Below are positions 39,401-48,204 of a DNA stretch of 64,000 nucleotides, piece after piece. Location: positions 128,001-192,000 of the forward strand of contig CBDCTH010000004.1 of the NCBI GenBank assembly GCA_965222155.1, read 5' to 3'. The DNA comes from Gammaproteobacteria bacterium. GTDB taxonomy: Bacteria > Pseudomonadota > Gammaproteobacteria > Eutrophobiales > Eutrophobiaceae. Positions within the stretch are counted from its first letter, which is position 1, and every line of letters begins with the position of its first letter. Position numbers and translations under genes: made by a program. The notes beneath the pieces were generated by a model. The model was not told the DNA's origin and did not search any database. It saw only the letters and a program-made list of their open reading frames with translations.

Positions 39401-41017
39401 TACCTTGAGGATACGATACGACGTATTGCCCAGTTGGAAGATATCGCCGGGCAGGCTTTCAAAGGCGAAGTCCTCGTTCAATGTTCCGATAAAGTGATCT
39501 TCCGGTTCCAGCACCACGTCGTAATCAAATTGATCCGGTATCACGCCGCCATTGGTCACGGCAGTCAGCTTGGCGCCTTTCCTGGGCCTGATGCGTTTGT
39601 TTACCGCGTCATAATGGATATAGCGGCTCTGCCTGCCGCGCCGGGTTGAAAACCCCTGCGCCAGCATATCCAGCAGTTCACTGAACTTGTCACGCGTCAG
39701 ATCACGGTACGGATAGGCCAGTGTCACCCACCGGAACAACTCATCTTCCTGCCATTCCCGGCAGGCTGTTTCGGCAATGAGTTGTTGCGCCAGCACGTCC
39801 AGGTGCCCCCCGGGTATTCTGAGCCGGTCCAGTTCATCGCGCCGGACTGCGTCAAGCAGTGCCGCGCATTCCACCAGTTCGTCCCGGGTCAGGGGAAACA
39901 GGCGGCCCTTGGGAATATCTCCCAGGCGATGGCCGGAGCGTCCGACCCGTTGCAGGAAGACGGCTATGGACCGGGGGGAGCCCAACTGGCAAACGAGATC
40001 GACGTCCCCTATGTCAATACCCAGTTCCAGGGATGCGGTCGCAACCAGGGCCTTGAGTTCACCCCGTTTCAAGCGTTGTTCGGCATTCAGGCGATGCTCC
40101 TTTGCCAGGCTGCCGTGGTGGGCGGTTACGTATTGTTCACCGATGCGTTCAGCCAGGCTGCGGGCCGCCCGCTCAGCCAGGCGCCGGTTATTGACAAAGA
40201 TCAGCGTGGTGTTGTGTTGCTCAACCAGGTCGGCCAGTTGCCGGTACAGTTCCTGCCACACTTCCCCGGCCATCACGGCCTCCAGGGGTGAACCCGGGAG
40301 TTCGAGAGCAATATCGAGTTGCCTGACGTGACCACGGTCCAGGATGTTGCAATGTTCCGGCCGGTTGCCGACCAGGAATCGGGCGATCTCTGTTATGGGC
40401 CGTTGCGTTGCCGACAGGCCGATACGCACAGGCACCCGGTCTGCCAACGCATCGAGCCGCTCCAGCGATAACGCCAGGTGTGCACCCCGTTTGTTTGGAG
40501 CCAGTGCGTGAATTTCATCGATAATCACGTTGCGCACGGTCTGCAGCAGTTTCCTGCCGGAACTGCTGGTCAACAGGATATAGAGCGATTCGGGGGTGGT
40601 AACCAGGATATGGGGCGGCACCCGCCGCATGCGTTCGCGCTCTGTCTGTGAGGTGTCGCCGGTACGCACCAGGGCGCGGATATCCTGCGCCGGATATCCC
40701 TGGGTTTCCATCATGGCCTTGATCCCCTGGAGCGGTCCCTGGAGGTTCTTTTGAATATCGTTGGACAGGGCTTTCAGGGGAGAGACATACAATATATACG
40801 TCTCATCCGCCAACCCGCCGGCAAGCGCCTCATGCACCAGGTCGTCTATTGCCGCAAGAAACGCGGCCAGGGTCTTGCCGCTGCCGGTGGGCGCCGCTAT
40901 CAGGGTATGCCGGCCTTGTTTAATCGCCGGCCAGGCATCTTCCTGCACCGGTGTCGGGCTGGTGAATGCGCTATCAAACCAGGCAGCCGTAACAGGATGG
41001 AAAATAGCGGTTGACAT
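36449..41017 (-). CDS. lhr: Lhr-family DEAD/DEAH helicase
   Basis: APTGSGKT, TTPESL, DEIH, HHGSL, SLELGID, QRVGRSGH; C-terminal RGGYFV...GEQFA and SATDPLNL. Confidence 0.93.
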   Translation of the reverse strand: MSTAIFHPVTAAWFDSAFTSPTPVQEDAWPAIKQGRHTLIAAPTGSGKTLAAFLAAIDDLVHEALAGGLADETYILYVSPLKALSNDIQKNLQGPLQGIKAMMETQGYPAQDIRALVRTGDTSQTERERMRRVPPHILVTTPESLYILLTSSSGRKLLQTVRNVIIDEIHALAPNKRGAHLALSLERLDALADRVPVRIGLSATQRPITEIARFLVGNRPEHCNILDRGHVRQLDIALELPGSPLEAVMAGEVWQELYRQLADLVEQHNTTLIFVNNRRLAERAARSLAERIGEQYVTAHHGSLAKEHRLNAEQRLKRGELKALVATASLELGIDIGDVDLVCQLGSPRSIAVFLQRVGRSGHRLGDIPKGRLFPLTRDELVECAALLDAVRRDELDRLRIPGGHLDVLAQQLIAETACREWQEDELFRWVTLAYPYRDLTRDKFSELLDMLAQGFSTRRGRQSRYIHYDAVNKRIRPRKGAKLTAVTNGGVIPDQFDYDVVLEPEDHFIGTLNEDFAFESLPGDIFQLGNTSYRILKVEQSKVRVADAQGQPPNIPFWFGEAPGRSDELSRSVSRLRRIMDEKLAHGADAACRWLLDELRLGDSAARQLTEHLAGARAALGRIPTRQDIVFERFFDEAGDQHLVLHSPYGSRVNRAWGLALRKRFCRQFNFELQAAALDDSIVISLGATHSFPLEDVTRFLNSAGVRDAVTQALLATPMFPTHWRWNATTALAVRRNNKGRKAPAQFQRSDAEDLMAVIFPDQLACQDNLTGEREIPRHPLVEQTVNDCLHDLMDIAGLEKILRRYEDGRIRFHCRELGGPSPLAQEILSARPYAFLDDAPAEERRTNAVIARRFRDPADAAELARLSPAAIARVRREAWPVMNDAEELHDALMLTGVMTEWEGNGDNPAQANGRAWLSRLMEEKRAAVLQSGKQALWICAERLPQIEAVYAGAQIDPPISSPSSDKSETLPNHHPAPELNAYASDFIPAQAGMKSNNVPPGVAPCSLDSGIRRNGDGDDLSVDSGLNSDVGDGWTKEAALIELVRARLECSGPVTVTQLADLFETKPNEISVALLALQNEGYAMQGRFSTEAEETEWCERGLLARMHRYTIRSLREEIQPVPVANYMRFLFYWHGMGELRSEGDNAVLAALEKLEGCAIPAAAWEKDILPTRVNDYSNAALDRLCGSGRIVWTRLVTSRHKPKWDEVSINKTVLLRNTPITLIARENLDLWQKLQPSGAAEGPRLSSVAGKTLDLLLRQGASFFIDLVQQTGLLRTQVETALAELAACGLVTSDSYAGLRALITPESKRPAYAHGKRRRTRTSIMNNIDAAGRWSAILAPAGNPDHPAPGAWPGTDENTLAAIVDTLLKRYGVLFRKVLERESDLPPWRELLYICRRMEARGEIRGGYFVEGCSGEQFARAEAIALLRKQKNETRKLPPVVISATDPLNLIGCLLPGERIPAVHTNRILFKNGLPVAKQLNGVTTCLTDVDPGSRWEIDNLLARRRNPAGFVNTSPGDLS

Positions 41018-41124
41018 AAAGGGACAGTTTATCTAAAAGTTGGGCAAATAGCAGGTAACTCGGCCCATCTGCAGGTGCTCCCGCTAAATCGAGGCCAATA
41101 CAGTGATTATTGCCAAAGGCAGGG

Positions 41125-41231
41125 GGGGACAGATTTAAATCTGTCCCCCAAGTTCCTGACCATAAAGGGGCATGTTTCCCTGGGAGGGAGGGCGTCTCGC
41201 CCTCCACGAGGGCAGGATGCCCTCGATCCCG
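41125..41231. repeat. Palindromic repeat cluster
   Basis: ggggacagatttaaatctgtcccc (41125-41148), ggagggcgtctcgccctcc, gagggcaggatgccctc. Confidence 0.75.
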
Positions 41232-41279
41232 GGAGTTAGCGGGAACTGCTGGCCCACCTGTTCCGTTAAAGAAAAAAAT

Positions 41280-41678
41280 ATGAGTAAAGACTTGTTGGTC
41301 CATAAGGGCGGATGTCATTGCGGCGCGGTCCGGTTTGAGGTGGATGTGCCGGCAGCGATATCGGCGCTCGATTGCAATTGTTCCATCTGCCGTATGAGCG
41401 GTTATCTGCACCTGCAGGTCCCCAAATCACAGTTTCGGCTGTTGCAGGGCGAGGAAGCCCTGTCGACGTACACTTTTAATACGGGCACGGCGAAACACCT
41501 GTTTTGCAGGACCTGCGGCGTCAAGTCATTCTACGTGCCCCGGTCTTTTCCCGAGGGATACAGCATCAACCTGAATTGCCTGGACAGGGTGCATATAACA
41601 AGCGTTACAGTACAGCCATTTGACGGCAATGACTGGGAGGTAGCCTATGACAGGAAAAAGCACGCGCCCATTGATTGA
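41280..41678 (+). CDS. GFA/CENP-V family protein
   Basis: GGCHCGAVRF, CNCSIC, HLFCRTCG. Confidence 0.92.
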   Translation: MSKDLLVHKGGCHCGAVRFEVDVPAAISALDCNCSICRMSGYLHLQVPKSQFRLLQGEEALSTYTFNTGTAKHLFCRTCGVKSFYVPRSFPEGYSINLNCLDRVHITSVTVQPFDGNDWEVAYDRKKHAPID

Positions 41679-41728
41679 TTTATAACAGGCCGCATCCTCC
41701 GGGAGCTGGCGCCGCTCCTGTTTATACT

Positions 41729-42343
41729 CTATGTTGTTGCCCTGCCACGATAGAGTTGTTTATTCAGCTTTTCCAGGTCGGTGGGAACATCCAGATCGAA
41801 TTCAGCTTCGGGGATGGGGATTGTCCTGACCCGGCCGGGATTATTTTGTAACACGGATTTTGCCCCCGCATCACCTTTAAGCGCCAGGAGTTGCGGATAA
41901 AATTCATCAGGAATAACGGCCGGTGTGCCCAGGGTATCGGCATAGCCGCTGGCAATGAACCTGGACGGGTCGTCAATCCACAAGTCTGTCAGCTGGCGCA
42001 GGTGATCTTCTGTGACCAAGACCTGGTCGCACATGGTGATCATGACACCATGGCAGCCCGGTTCAAGGCTGTCTATACCTGCCTTGAGCGAGGATGCCAG
42101 TCCTTCTTGCCAATGCACGTTGTAAATGAGGTTTACCGGCAAGTCGCTGATCGCCTGCGCCACCGATTCCGAGTTGGCTCCGACGACAACGCTGATCCTG
42201 TCATGGGGGAACAGTGACGAGAGTTTGTCGACGGCAAGCCGGACCAGGCTGGAGCCGTTTATTTTGATGAGTTGTTTACACTGGCCGTACCTGCTGGAAC
42301 CGCCCGCGGCAAGGACTATGGCTGATAATTCCCTGGTAAGCAT
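41729..42343 (-). CDS. MocA/MobA-like nucleotidyltransferase
   Basis: IVLAAGGSSRYGQCKQL, WQEGLASSL, GDAGAK, DLDVPTD. Confidence 0.88.
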   Translation of the reverse strand: MLTRELSAIVLAAGGSSRYGQCKQLIKINGSSLVRLAVDKLSSLFPHDRISVVVGANSESVAQAISDLPVNLIYNVHWQEGLASSLKAGIDSLEPGCHGVMITMCDQVLVTEDHLRQLTDLWIDDPSRFIASGYADTLGTPAVIPDEFYPQLLALKGDAGAKSVLQNNPGRVRTIPIPEAEFDLDVPTDLEKLNKQLYRGRATT

Positions 42344-42514
42344 AAATGCATCATGATGAAGAAAAATGTTGCTGTCAAAAAGAGTTGCATCAATTTGCAA
42401 TGAAAGCAGGCAGCTTTGATTTTCGACAGGCGCTTTGATTCCTGCTTATCTGTTCCTGACAAATCATAACATTTAACGATTGACGTTTAACGCTATTCGT
42501 TATATTATTGCTGC

Positions 42515-42793
42515 ATGATTAAGCACTTTGCCTGCAAGCGCACGGAAGCCCTGTTTGGTGGGCATTGTCCGCGACAATTTCGAGCATTTCGGGCACAGGC
42601 AGAGCGAAAATTACAGATGCTGAATAGTGCTGTTCATATTGATGATTTGCGATTCCCGCCCGGCAATCGGCTAGAGAAACTCGGGGGCGACCGGGAAGGA
42701 CAGTGGAGTATACGGCTAAACCGGCAGTGGCGATTGTGCTTTGTCTTCAATGACGGTAAGGCAACCGATGTTGAGATTACAGATTACCACTAG
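42515..42793 (+). CDS. higB: HigB (RelE-family) toxin
   Basis: DLRFPPGNRLEKLGGDREGQWSIRLNRQWRLCF...VEITDYH. Confidence 0.95.
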   Translation: MIKHFACKRTEALFGGHCPRQFRAFRAQAERKLQMLNSAVHIDDLRFPPGNRLEKLGGDREGQWSIRLNRQWRLCFVFNDGKATDVEITDYH

Positions 42794-42803
42794 GAGAAAT
42801 TCC

Positions 42804-43145
42804 ATGACTGTTAATAAAATGAGGCCCATACATCCCGGTGAAATCCTACGGGAGGAGTTTTTGATACCTACAGGTATGACTGCTAACGCCCTGGCAAGGG
42901 CATTAAGGGTTAATGCCCCACGCATCAATGACATAGTGCGGGAACAGCGCGGCATTACGCCGGACACCGCCCTGAGATTGGCAGCATTTTTACAGACCTC
43001 GCCCGAATTCTGGTTGAACCTGCAAACAGCTTATGACTTGAAGGTAGCCGATGCGGCGAAAGGTAAAACCATACGCGCTGAAATCGTGCCGCGGCAAATG
43101 CAGACAGAAGAAAACCGGACATCAATGCGGGTGGAAAGCAGATGA
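42804..43145 (+). CDS. higA: HigA antitoxin
   Basis: PIHPGEILREEFL, ITPDTALRL, FWLNLQTAYDL. Confidence 0.95.
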   Translation: MTVNKMRPIHPGEILREEFLIPTGMTANALARALRVNAPRINDIVREQRGITPDTALRLAAFLQTSPEFWLNLQTAYDLKVADAAKGKTIRAEIVPRQMQTEENRTSMRVESR

Positions 43146-43426
43146 TCCCTCAAGAAACAGTGGGTAGTGCAAGTAACCAAACATGAATTATCAAGTCTCT
43201 ATGACGAACCGCCAAGACTTATCCGTATTATGTCGGTGAGCGATTATTTTTCAGCAAGTGCCATACAGCTATTCGTTTGGTTCGTCTTTGTAATATTTTG
43301 AAATTACAGAGAGTTCCGGAAAATAATTGAAAATCAATAATGGAAGACTAGCAGATGATAAAATGTTTTTCTCACCAGCATGGATATAGAGGAACGGATG
43401 TAGAAATCACGGTCCGCAATGATGTG

Positions 43427-43475
43427 ACCGTACCTGCTCGATCCTCCTGCCGCCAGGACTAGAGCGGATAATTCC
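43427..43475 (-). pseudogene. Diverged copy of the 5' end of the mocA-like gene
   Basis: Translates ELSALVLAAGGSSRYG versus ELSAIVLAAGGSSRYG in the intact gene, with several synonymous differences. Confidence 0.75.
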
Positions 43476-43521
43476 ATTACCTGTTTTGACCTGGTCACAA
43501 TCATCTGGTAGTGGTCTGTTG

Positions 43522-43956
43522 TCAAGAGGCCAACGGAAACCGGCAATCCAAACCGGGAAAACGTCGGAAATCCTGATCTGCCGTATGTACTTCGGCTTGA
43601 TGCGAAATTGCAAATTCAGCGATTTGAGCATCGGTGACCATATTGCCTCCCGAAGACCCCACCGCAGCAAGTAGTTCCAGTACGTGACGGGTGTGCCGGG
43701 CAGTTGGATAAAGCGTCTGCGTGATTTGGCGATCATGCCAGGACTCGACGATCTGTGTAGCCTGTATTAGTGATAAAGGATGTTCAAATGCACGGTGATT
43801 AGTGCTGATTCGAACAAAGGCAAATATAACGGGGTGACAAAGCCCGACGGGAACGGAGCCATTCAGACAACCTGACCACCATTGTTTAGCAGCGCTATGA
43901 AAAGGACTTGTTGAGTCGACCGCATACAGCAACAGGTTTGCATCCGGCACGATCAT
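43522..43956 (-). CDS. vapC: VapC-family PIN toxin (mycobacterial-like subtype)
   Basis: PDANLLLYA, FVRISTN, VTDAQIA, TADQDFRRFPGL. Confidence 0.92.
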   Translation of the reverse strand: MIVPDANLLLYAVDSTSPFHSAAKQWWSGCLNGSVPVGLCHPVIFAFVRISTNHRAFEHPLSLIQATQIVESWHDRQITQTLYPTARHTRHVLELLAAVGSSGGNMVTDAQIAEFAISHQAEVHTADQDFRRFPGLDCRFPLAS

Positions 43957-44237
43957 CCGGGTGGGGACTGATTACCCAAACGGCGTGAAAGAGCAAGGAA
44001 AGCATCCACTTCCAAATCGTCATTGAGGGAATTGATGTGGGCAGGATCGTAGCCGCTGCGAAGACCCATCGGAAATGACTGTTGGACAAAAGACGTTTTA
44101 TCGGTATCACAAAGCAAGTCTGCAAGCCCCCTGGTAACAGCCTGGTTCAACGTTTCCTTGAAACTCTGCCCGCGCTGGTGCATAGCTTCACGGAGCAGGC
44201 GTTCGGTTTCCGGTTCCAATGTTACTGTAGTACGCAT
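43953..44237 (-). CDS. vapB: RHH-type VapB antitoxin
   Basis: MRTTVTLEPE...SFKETLNQAVTRGL; overlaps the vapC start. Confidence 0.88.
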   Translation of the reverse strand: MRTTVTLEPETERLLREAMHQRGQSFKETLNQAVTRGLADLLCDTDKTSFVQQSFPMGLRSGYDPAHINSLNDDLEVDAFLALSRRLGNQSPPG

Positions 44238-44341
44238 AAGATACATAATGATGTAAATATTATTTGCTGTCAAGATGATGATCTTAAACGTGATGATCTT
44301 AAACGTATAATATAGAAATTCGGAATGGATTTGTGCCGCCA

Positions 44342-44549
44342 GCGGGAACAGCGCGGCATTACGCCGGACACCGCCCTGAGATTGGCAGCATTTTTACGGA
44401 CCTCGCCTGAATTCTGGTTGAACTTGCAAACAGCTTATGACTTGAAGGTAGCAGAAGCTGCGGAAGGTAAAATCATACGCGCAGAAATTGTGCCGCTCCA
44501 TACACAGACAGAAGAAAATCAGACATCTATTCGGGCGGAAAGCAGGTGA
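44342..44549 (+). pseudogene. higA: 3' half of a second higA copy
   Basis: Closely matches 42938-43145 (REQRGITPDTALRL...ESR); lacks the N-terminal part. Confidence 0.85.
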
Positions 44550-44644
44550 CTCCTATGCGGCATATCCCACACAAGTACGGAAGCAAGCTGAATCTCATCG
44601 GTTTTCCGGGAACAGGATACAGGTATCCTCTTTTTTCGCCAAAA

Positions 44645-44706
44645 TGTGACTTTTCTCACAATTCAGTTAATTCTTCGCTTTCCAATTCATCTCGCCCGAG
44701 TAAAAT
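44645..44706 (+). promoter_or_regulatory. Perfect CRP-type box plus -10 element at class-I spacing
   Basis: TGTGA-cttttc-TCACA at 44645-44660; TAAAAT at 44701-44706; box centre ~61 bp upstream of the predicted +1 (44713/44714). Confidence 0.65.
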
Positions 44707-44713
44707 TATCATT

Positions 44714-44986
44714 GCCATAGGGAAACAAGGCGGCGGTCAATCCAGGCTGAACGGGACTGAACACCCTGACGCCAGATGATCGGTCGAATGGAATTCGATA
44801 ATTCTGTTGTTTGTTGAGTGCCTTCATGCCTGAGGGTGGCCCGGTTAGTAGTCTCCAGGGCCAGGGATCAGGGACAGCCCGAGGGCGCCAAGGGGGGCGG
44901 TGTTTCATCTGCTGCTGATATTGCTGCGCCGCCCCCCTTTGGCAGAGGCATGACCAGTCGCCGCTCCGGCAAACCTCTTCCTTATG
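44714..44986 (+). ncRNA. Candidate structured non-coding RNA of unrecognised family
   Basis: Nested pairings 44716-44724/44978-44986, 44729-44737/44957-44965, 44824-44831/44946-44953, 44887-44902/44927-44943, plus local hairpins; no convincing CDS. Confidence 0.55.
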
Positions 44987-45118
44987 ATTCCCGACTTCGG
45001 CGGTGTCCATACCGTCTATTTGTTAATAACACCTCCAAATTCAATATAGGCACTACGATAACCTATCTGTAATACGATGACACTCAATTCCGCTGTCAGC
45101 TCCGAACCCGTCACTCTT

Positions 45119-46045
45119 TCATTTTTTGGTGTTGTATCGCGTTTGTTCTTCAAGCACCCTGTCTATTCCCCTCATCCAATTCAGATCTTTTCCAATGACC
45201 AGCTCGGTCATTGCAGCGTGATGAGTATTTTTCATTGAGATAGGTTTGACTTGAAACCCGTACTGTTTGGACAGTTCCTTAACCTCAGAGGTATTATCGT
45301 AGGTCATTATAAAATCTCCCTTAATTGATGTACATAACTCAAACAAGGTCCCATGATCCAGTTCATAATGCGTATATAAACGACTGCCCGCCTTTTTACC
45401 GCCGGCGGTGTATGGTGGATCCATGAAAAACACTGCCCCGGGAAAGTCCTTATACTGATTAATAACCTCGAAAGCGTCACCATGCTTAAATCGGAGCTTA
45501 CTGACTATTTGATTGATATCTCTCAGCCTCTTTGCAAGTGTGCTTGGATACCATCTCGAAAGAATACCTTTTCCACTTTCTCCGTTTTTGAGAAAGCCTG
45601 AGCCTGCTGCCAGGATACCGCCGTGGAAGGTTCTGTTTTTTATTATGGTTTGGAATGCCTTCTCTTTCTGACACCTCCTTTTTTTTCGGAGCTCGGCGAC
45701 GGCATTATCTTTTGTCATTTCAAAAGTAAGAATCCTTCTCGCAAGCCATTCTGCCTCGCCATCAACTATGGTTTGCCAGACTGCCGCAATCTCTTCGTCT
45801 AACTCAACCATAAGAGCATTTTCCACCAAATATTCAAACACAGCTGTCAGTGACACGATCCCGCCTCCAACAAATGGTTCAACCAATACTTCCGGTTTTG
45901 AGGATTGGCTGAGAAGCCATTCGCGCAGTCTTGGAATAAACCACGTTTTACCTCCCGGGTAGCGAAATGGACTACGCTGTGGAACAGAGGCTACATTCAC
46001 TACTTTCAAAGGTTCAAGTTCATCACTGAAAAGTAGTCTCTGCAT
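45119..46045 (-). CDS. DNA methyltransferase (Dam/D12-like, DPPY)
   Basis: SPFRYPGGK, VEPFVGGG, FMDPPY. Confidence 0.9.
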   Translation of the reverse strand: MQRLLFSDELEPLKVVNVASVPQRSPFRYPGGKTWFIPRLREWLLSQSSKPEVLVEPFVGGGIVSLTAVFEYLVENALMVELDEEIAAVWQTIVDGEAEWLARRILTFEMTKDNAVAELRKKRRCQKEKAFQTIIKNRTFHGGILAAGSGFLKNGESGKGILSRWYPSTLAKRLRDINQIVSKLRFKHGDAFEVINQYKDFPGAVFFMDPPYTAGGKKAGSRLYTHYELDHGTLFELCTSIKGDFIMTYDNTSEVKELSKQYGFQVKPISMKNTHHAAMTELVIGKDLNWMRGIDRVLEEQTRYNTKK

Positions 46046-46046
46046 A

Positions 46047-46608
46047 TTACCCGCCTCCGAAGGGGCTCTCAATGGTATTGTTGACAGGAAGACTCTCCAG
46101 CTTTTCATCTACCTTTGATTGAAGTAGATTCATGAATTTCTCCACCTTTCCAATCTTCGGCTTTGTTATGGTGTTCAGAGCATTAATAAATTTAGTGTAG
46201 ACAACCTTGAATTTCCGGTGATCCGAAATCGTAGACTTTTCCTGCATCGTTGTAAGCCACGAGAACTACATCAATATTTCCAGCAGAGTTTCCGTAGTAA
46301 TCGACTAATCTTACCTCTGTGAGGGAGGTCCATGTCGAATCAGGACCAAAGAAAAAATCTGCTGCATCATCTGCAATAAGCCAATTCTCACGGAATCTTA
46401 TGGGACAGGTGATTACAGGATTCTTTCCATGTAATATACTGCACACGCCAAGTGGATCCTTGGCCTTGTCTTTCGTACAACTTGGAACTTTGTTGTTAAA
46501 GGGACAGAGTTTATTTTTTCGAAAGCGCGTCGCCTTCAAGCTGAAATCTGTTGGTAAATGTCCAAAAATTTCTGCGAGTGGTTGGCTCTATTCTTTCATT
46601 TCTGCCAT
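46047..46608 (-). pseudogene. NotI-like type II restriction endonuclease, inactivated
   Basis: MAEMKE*SQPLAEIFG...CPF...CTKDK...GVCS...CPIRF...EVRL...GNIDVVLV...EIQG, then a frame change to VVYTKF; TAG at 46588-46590. Confidence 0.75.
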
Positions 46609-46793
46609 GGGTTGCTCAGCTTCTTGGTTCTTTAACTATACAGAGAATAAACTCCTTCTGAAAGGTCATTTGAATAGTAGTAGCAGCTCCCGCTAACTGG
46701 ATTGAAAGAGAGTTTTCATTCCGAAAAATCACATTCCGAAAAACCAATCGACACCCAACCCTTTGATTTAGTAAACTGTACAGACATTGGTCA

Positions 46794-46826
46794 GCGGGAG
46801 TAATCGGGAGGTTGCTCCCGTTTTGT
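46794..46826 (+). promoter_or_regulatory. Hairpin in the carA leader (possible attenuator)
   Basis: gcgggagtaatc-ggga-ggttgctcccgt followed by T residues, just before the carA SD. Confidence 0.45.
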
Positions 46827-46854
46827 ATGTGTGTCACTTCCGTGGAGGTATTTA

Positions 46855-47985
46855 TTGGGTCATTCGGCTTTACTCGCGCTGGCAGACGGTAGTCTGTTCT
46901 ATGGTGAATCCATCGGCGTCGATGGTGAAGCGGTCGGCGAGGTAGTTTTTAATACCTCGATTACCGGTTACCAGGAGATTCTCACGGATCCGTCCTACTG
47001 CCGGCAGATCATCACCTTTACCCAGCCGCAGATCGGCAACGTGGGTGTCAATTCAGAAGATGCGGAATCAACCCGGGTCTATGCCGCCGGCATGGTCATC
47101 AAGCAGGCGCCTCAGATACCGAGCAATTGGCGCACCGAGCAATCGCTTCCCGATTACCTGAAAGCCAGCGAGGTCATTGCAATCGCCGATATTGATACCC
47201 GCCGTCTCACCCGCTTGCTCAGGGACAAGGGCGCGCAGGACGGTTGCATTCTCGCCGGGCCGGAACCGGATGAAGCGCGCGCAGTTGAACTTGCCCGCGG
47301 GTTTCCCGGACTGCAAGGGATGGACCTGGCCAGGGAAGTGAGCACAAGGCAGGACTACCGCTGGCAGGACGGCGCCTGGTCACTCGCGGGCGGGTACGGA
47401 CAGCCGAGTATGGCGCCAAAGCGGAAAGTTACGGCCATCGATTTCGGCGTGAAAAGAAATATCCTGCGCATCCTGGCTGACCTCGGTTGTGAACTGGAGG
47501 TGGTACCGGCGACCACGCCTGCAGACCGGATACTGGCGCGTTCCCCTGACGGCGTGTTTTTATCCAACGGTCCCGGCGACCCGGAGCCTTGCACTTATGC
47601 CATAAGCGCTATCCGGGACATCGTAGCTGCAGGCGTCCCCACCTTCGGCATCTGCCTGGGACACCAGTTGCTGGGGCTTGCCTGCGGAGCCGAAACGGTG
47701 AAAATGAAGTTCGGCCACCACGGCGGCAATCATCCGGTGCAGGAACTGGCTACCGGGAAGGTCATGATCACCAGCCAGAACCACGGTTTCACCGTTGCTG
47801 AAGAATCCATCCCCGAGGTGTTGTCGGTCACCCACCGGTCACTGTTTGACGGCACGGTGCAGGGCATCCATCATAAGCAACAACCCGCATTCGGCTTTCA
47901 GGGGCACCCGGAAGCCAGTCCCGGGCCCCACGACGTCAAGCCGCTTTTCGACCACTTCATGAATTTAATGGAGATAAATAAATGA
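46855..47985 (+). CDS. carA: Carbamoyl-phosphate synthase small subunit
   Basis: [32 protein letters not shown]; TTG start after GGAGG. Confidence 0.97.
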   Translation: MGHSALLALADGSLFYGESIGVDGEAVGEVVFNTSITGYQEILTDPSYCRQIITFTQPQIGNVGVNSEDAESTRVYAAGMVIKQAPQIPSNWRTEQSLPDYLKASEVIAIADIDTRRLTRLLRDKGAQDGCILAGPEPDEARAVELARGFPGLQGMDLAREVSTRQDYRWQDGAWSLAGGYGQPSMAPKRKVTAIDFGVKRNILRILADLGCELEVVPATTPADRILARSPDGVFLSNGPGDPEPCTYAISAIRDIVAAGVPTFGICLGHQLLGLACGAETVKMKFGHHGGNHPVQELATGKVMITSQNHGFTVAEESIPEVLSVTHRSLFDGTVQGIHHKQQPAFGFQGHPEASPGPHDVKPLFDHFMNLMEINK

Positions 47986-48057
47986 ATCCGGGAGTCGGTG
48001 CGAACGTCATATCGGACAGGGAGGTCAACAATACACCGCCATTGTCGCTGTTTAACG

Positions 48058-48086
48058 ACTGGATTCCGGCATTCGCCGGAATGACG
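48058..48086 (-). repeat. CGTCATTCCGGCGAA palindromic repeat
   Basis: actggattccggcattcgccggaatgacg in the carA-carB spacer. Confidence 0.85.
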
Positions 48087-48204
48087 GACCGGGTCGTCCT
48101 GGTTGGGAAATACCATCCCAACCCGTTTGAGATATTATTGGATAACTTTGTGTCCTCTGTAACTTTTATATTTATCTGCGCTAATCTGCGTCATCTGCGG
48201 ATAA

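Noticed and set aside
44276-44306. 15-bp tandem tgatgatcttaaacg upstream of vapB
   Set aside because: Only two copies; cannot distinguish an operator from slippage
44687-45072. ORFs 44687-45010 (-) and 44818-45072 (+), and a 13-codon ORF at 44776
   Set aside because: No recognisable motifs; the region is better explained by RNA structure, although a small peptide is not excluded
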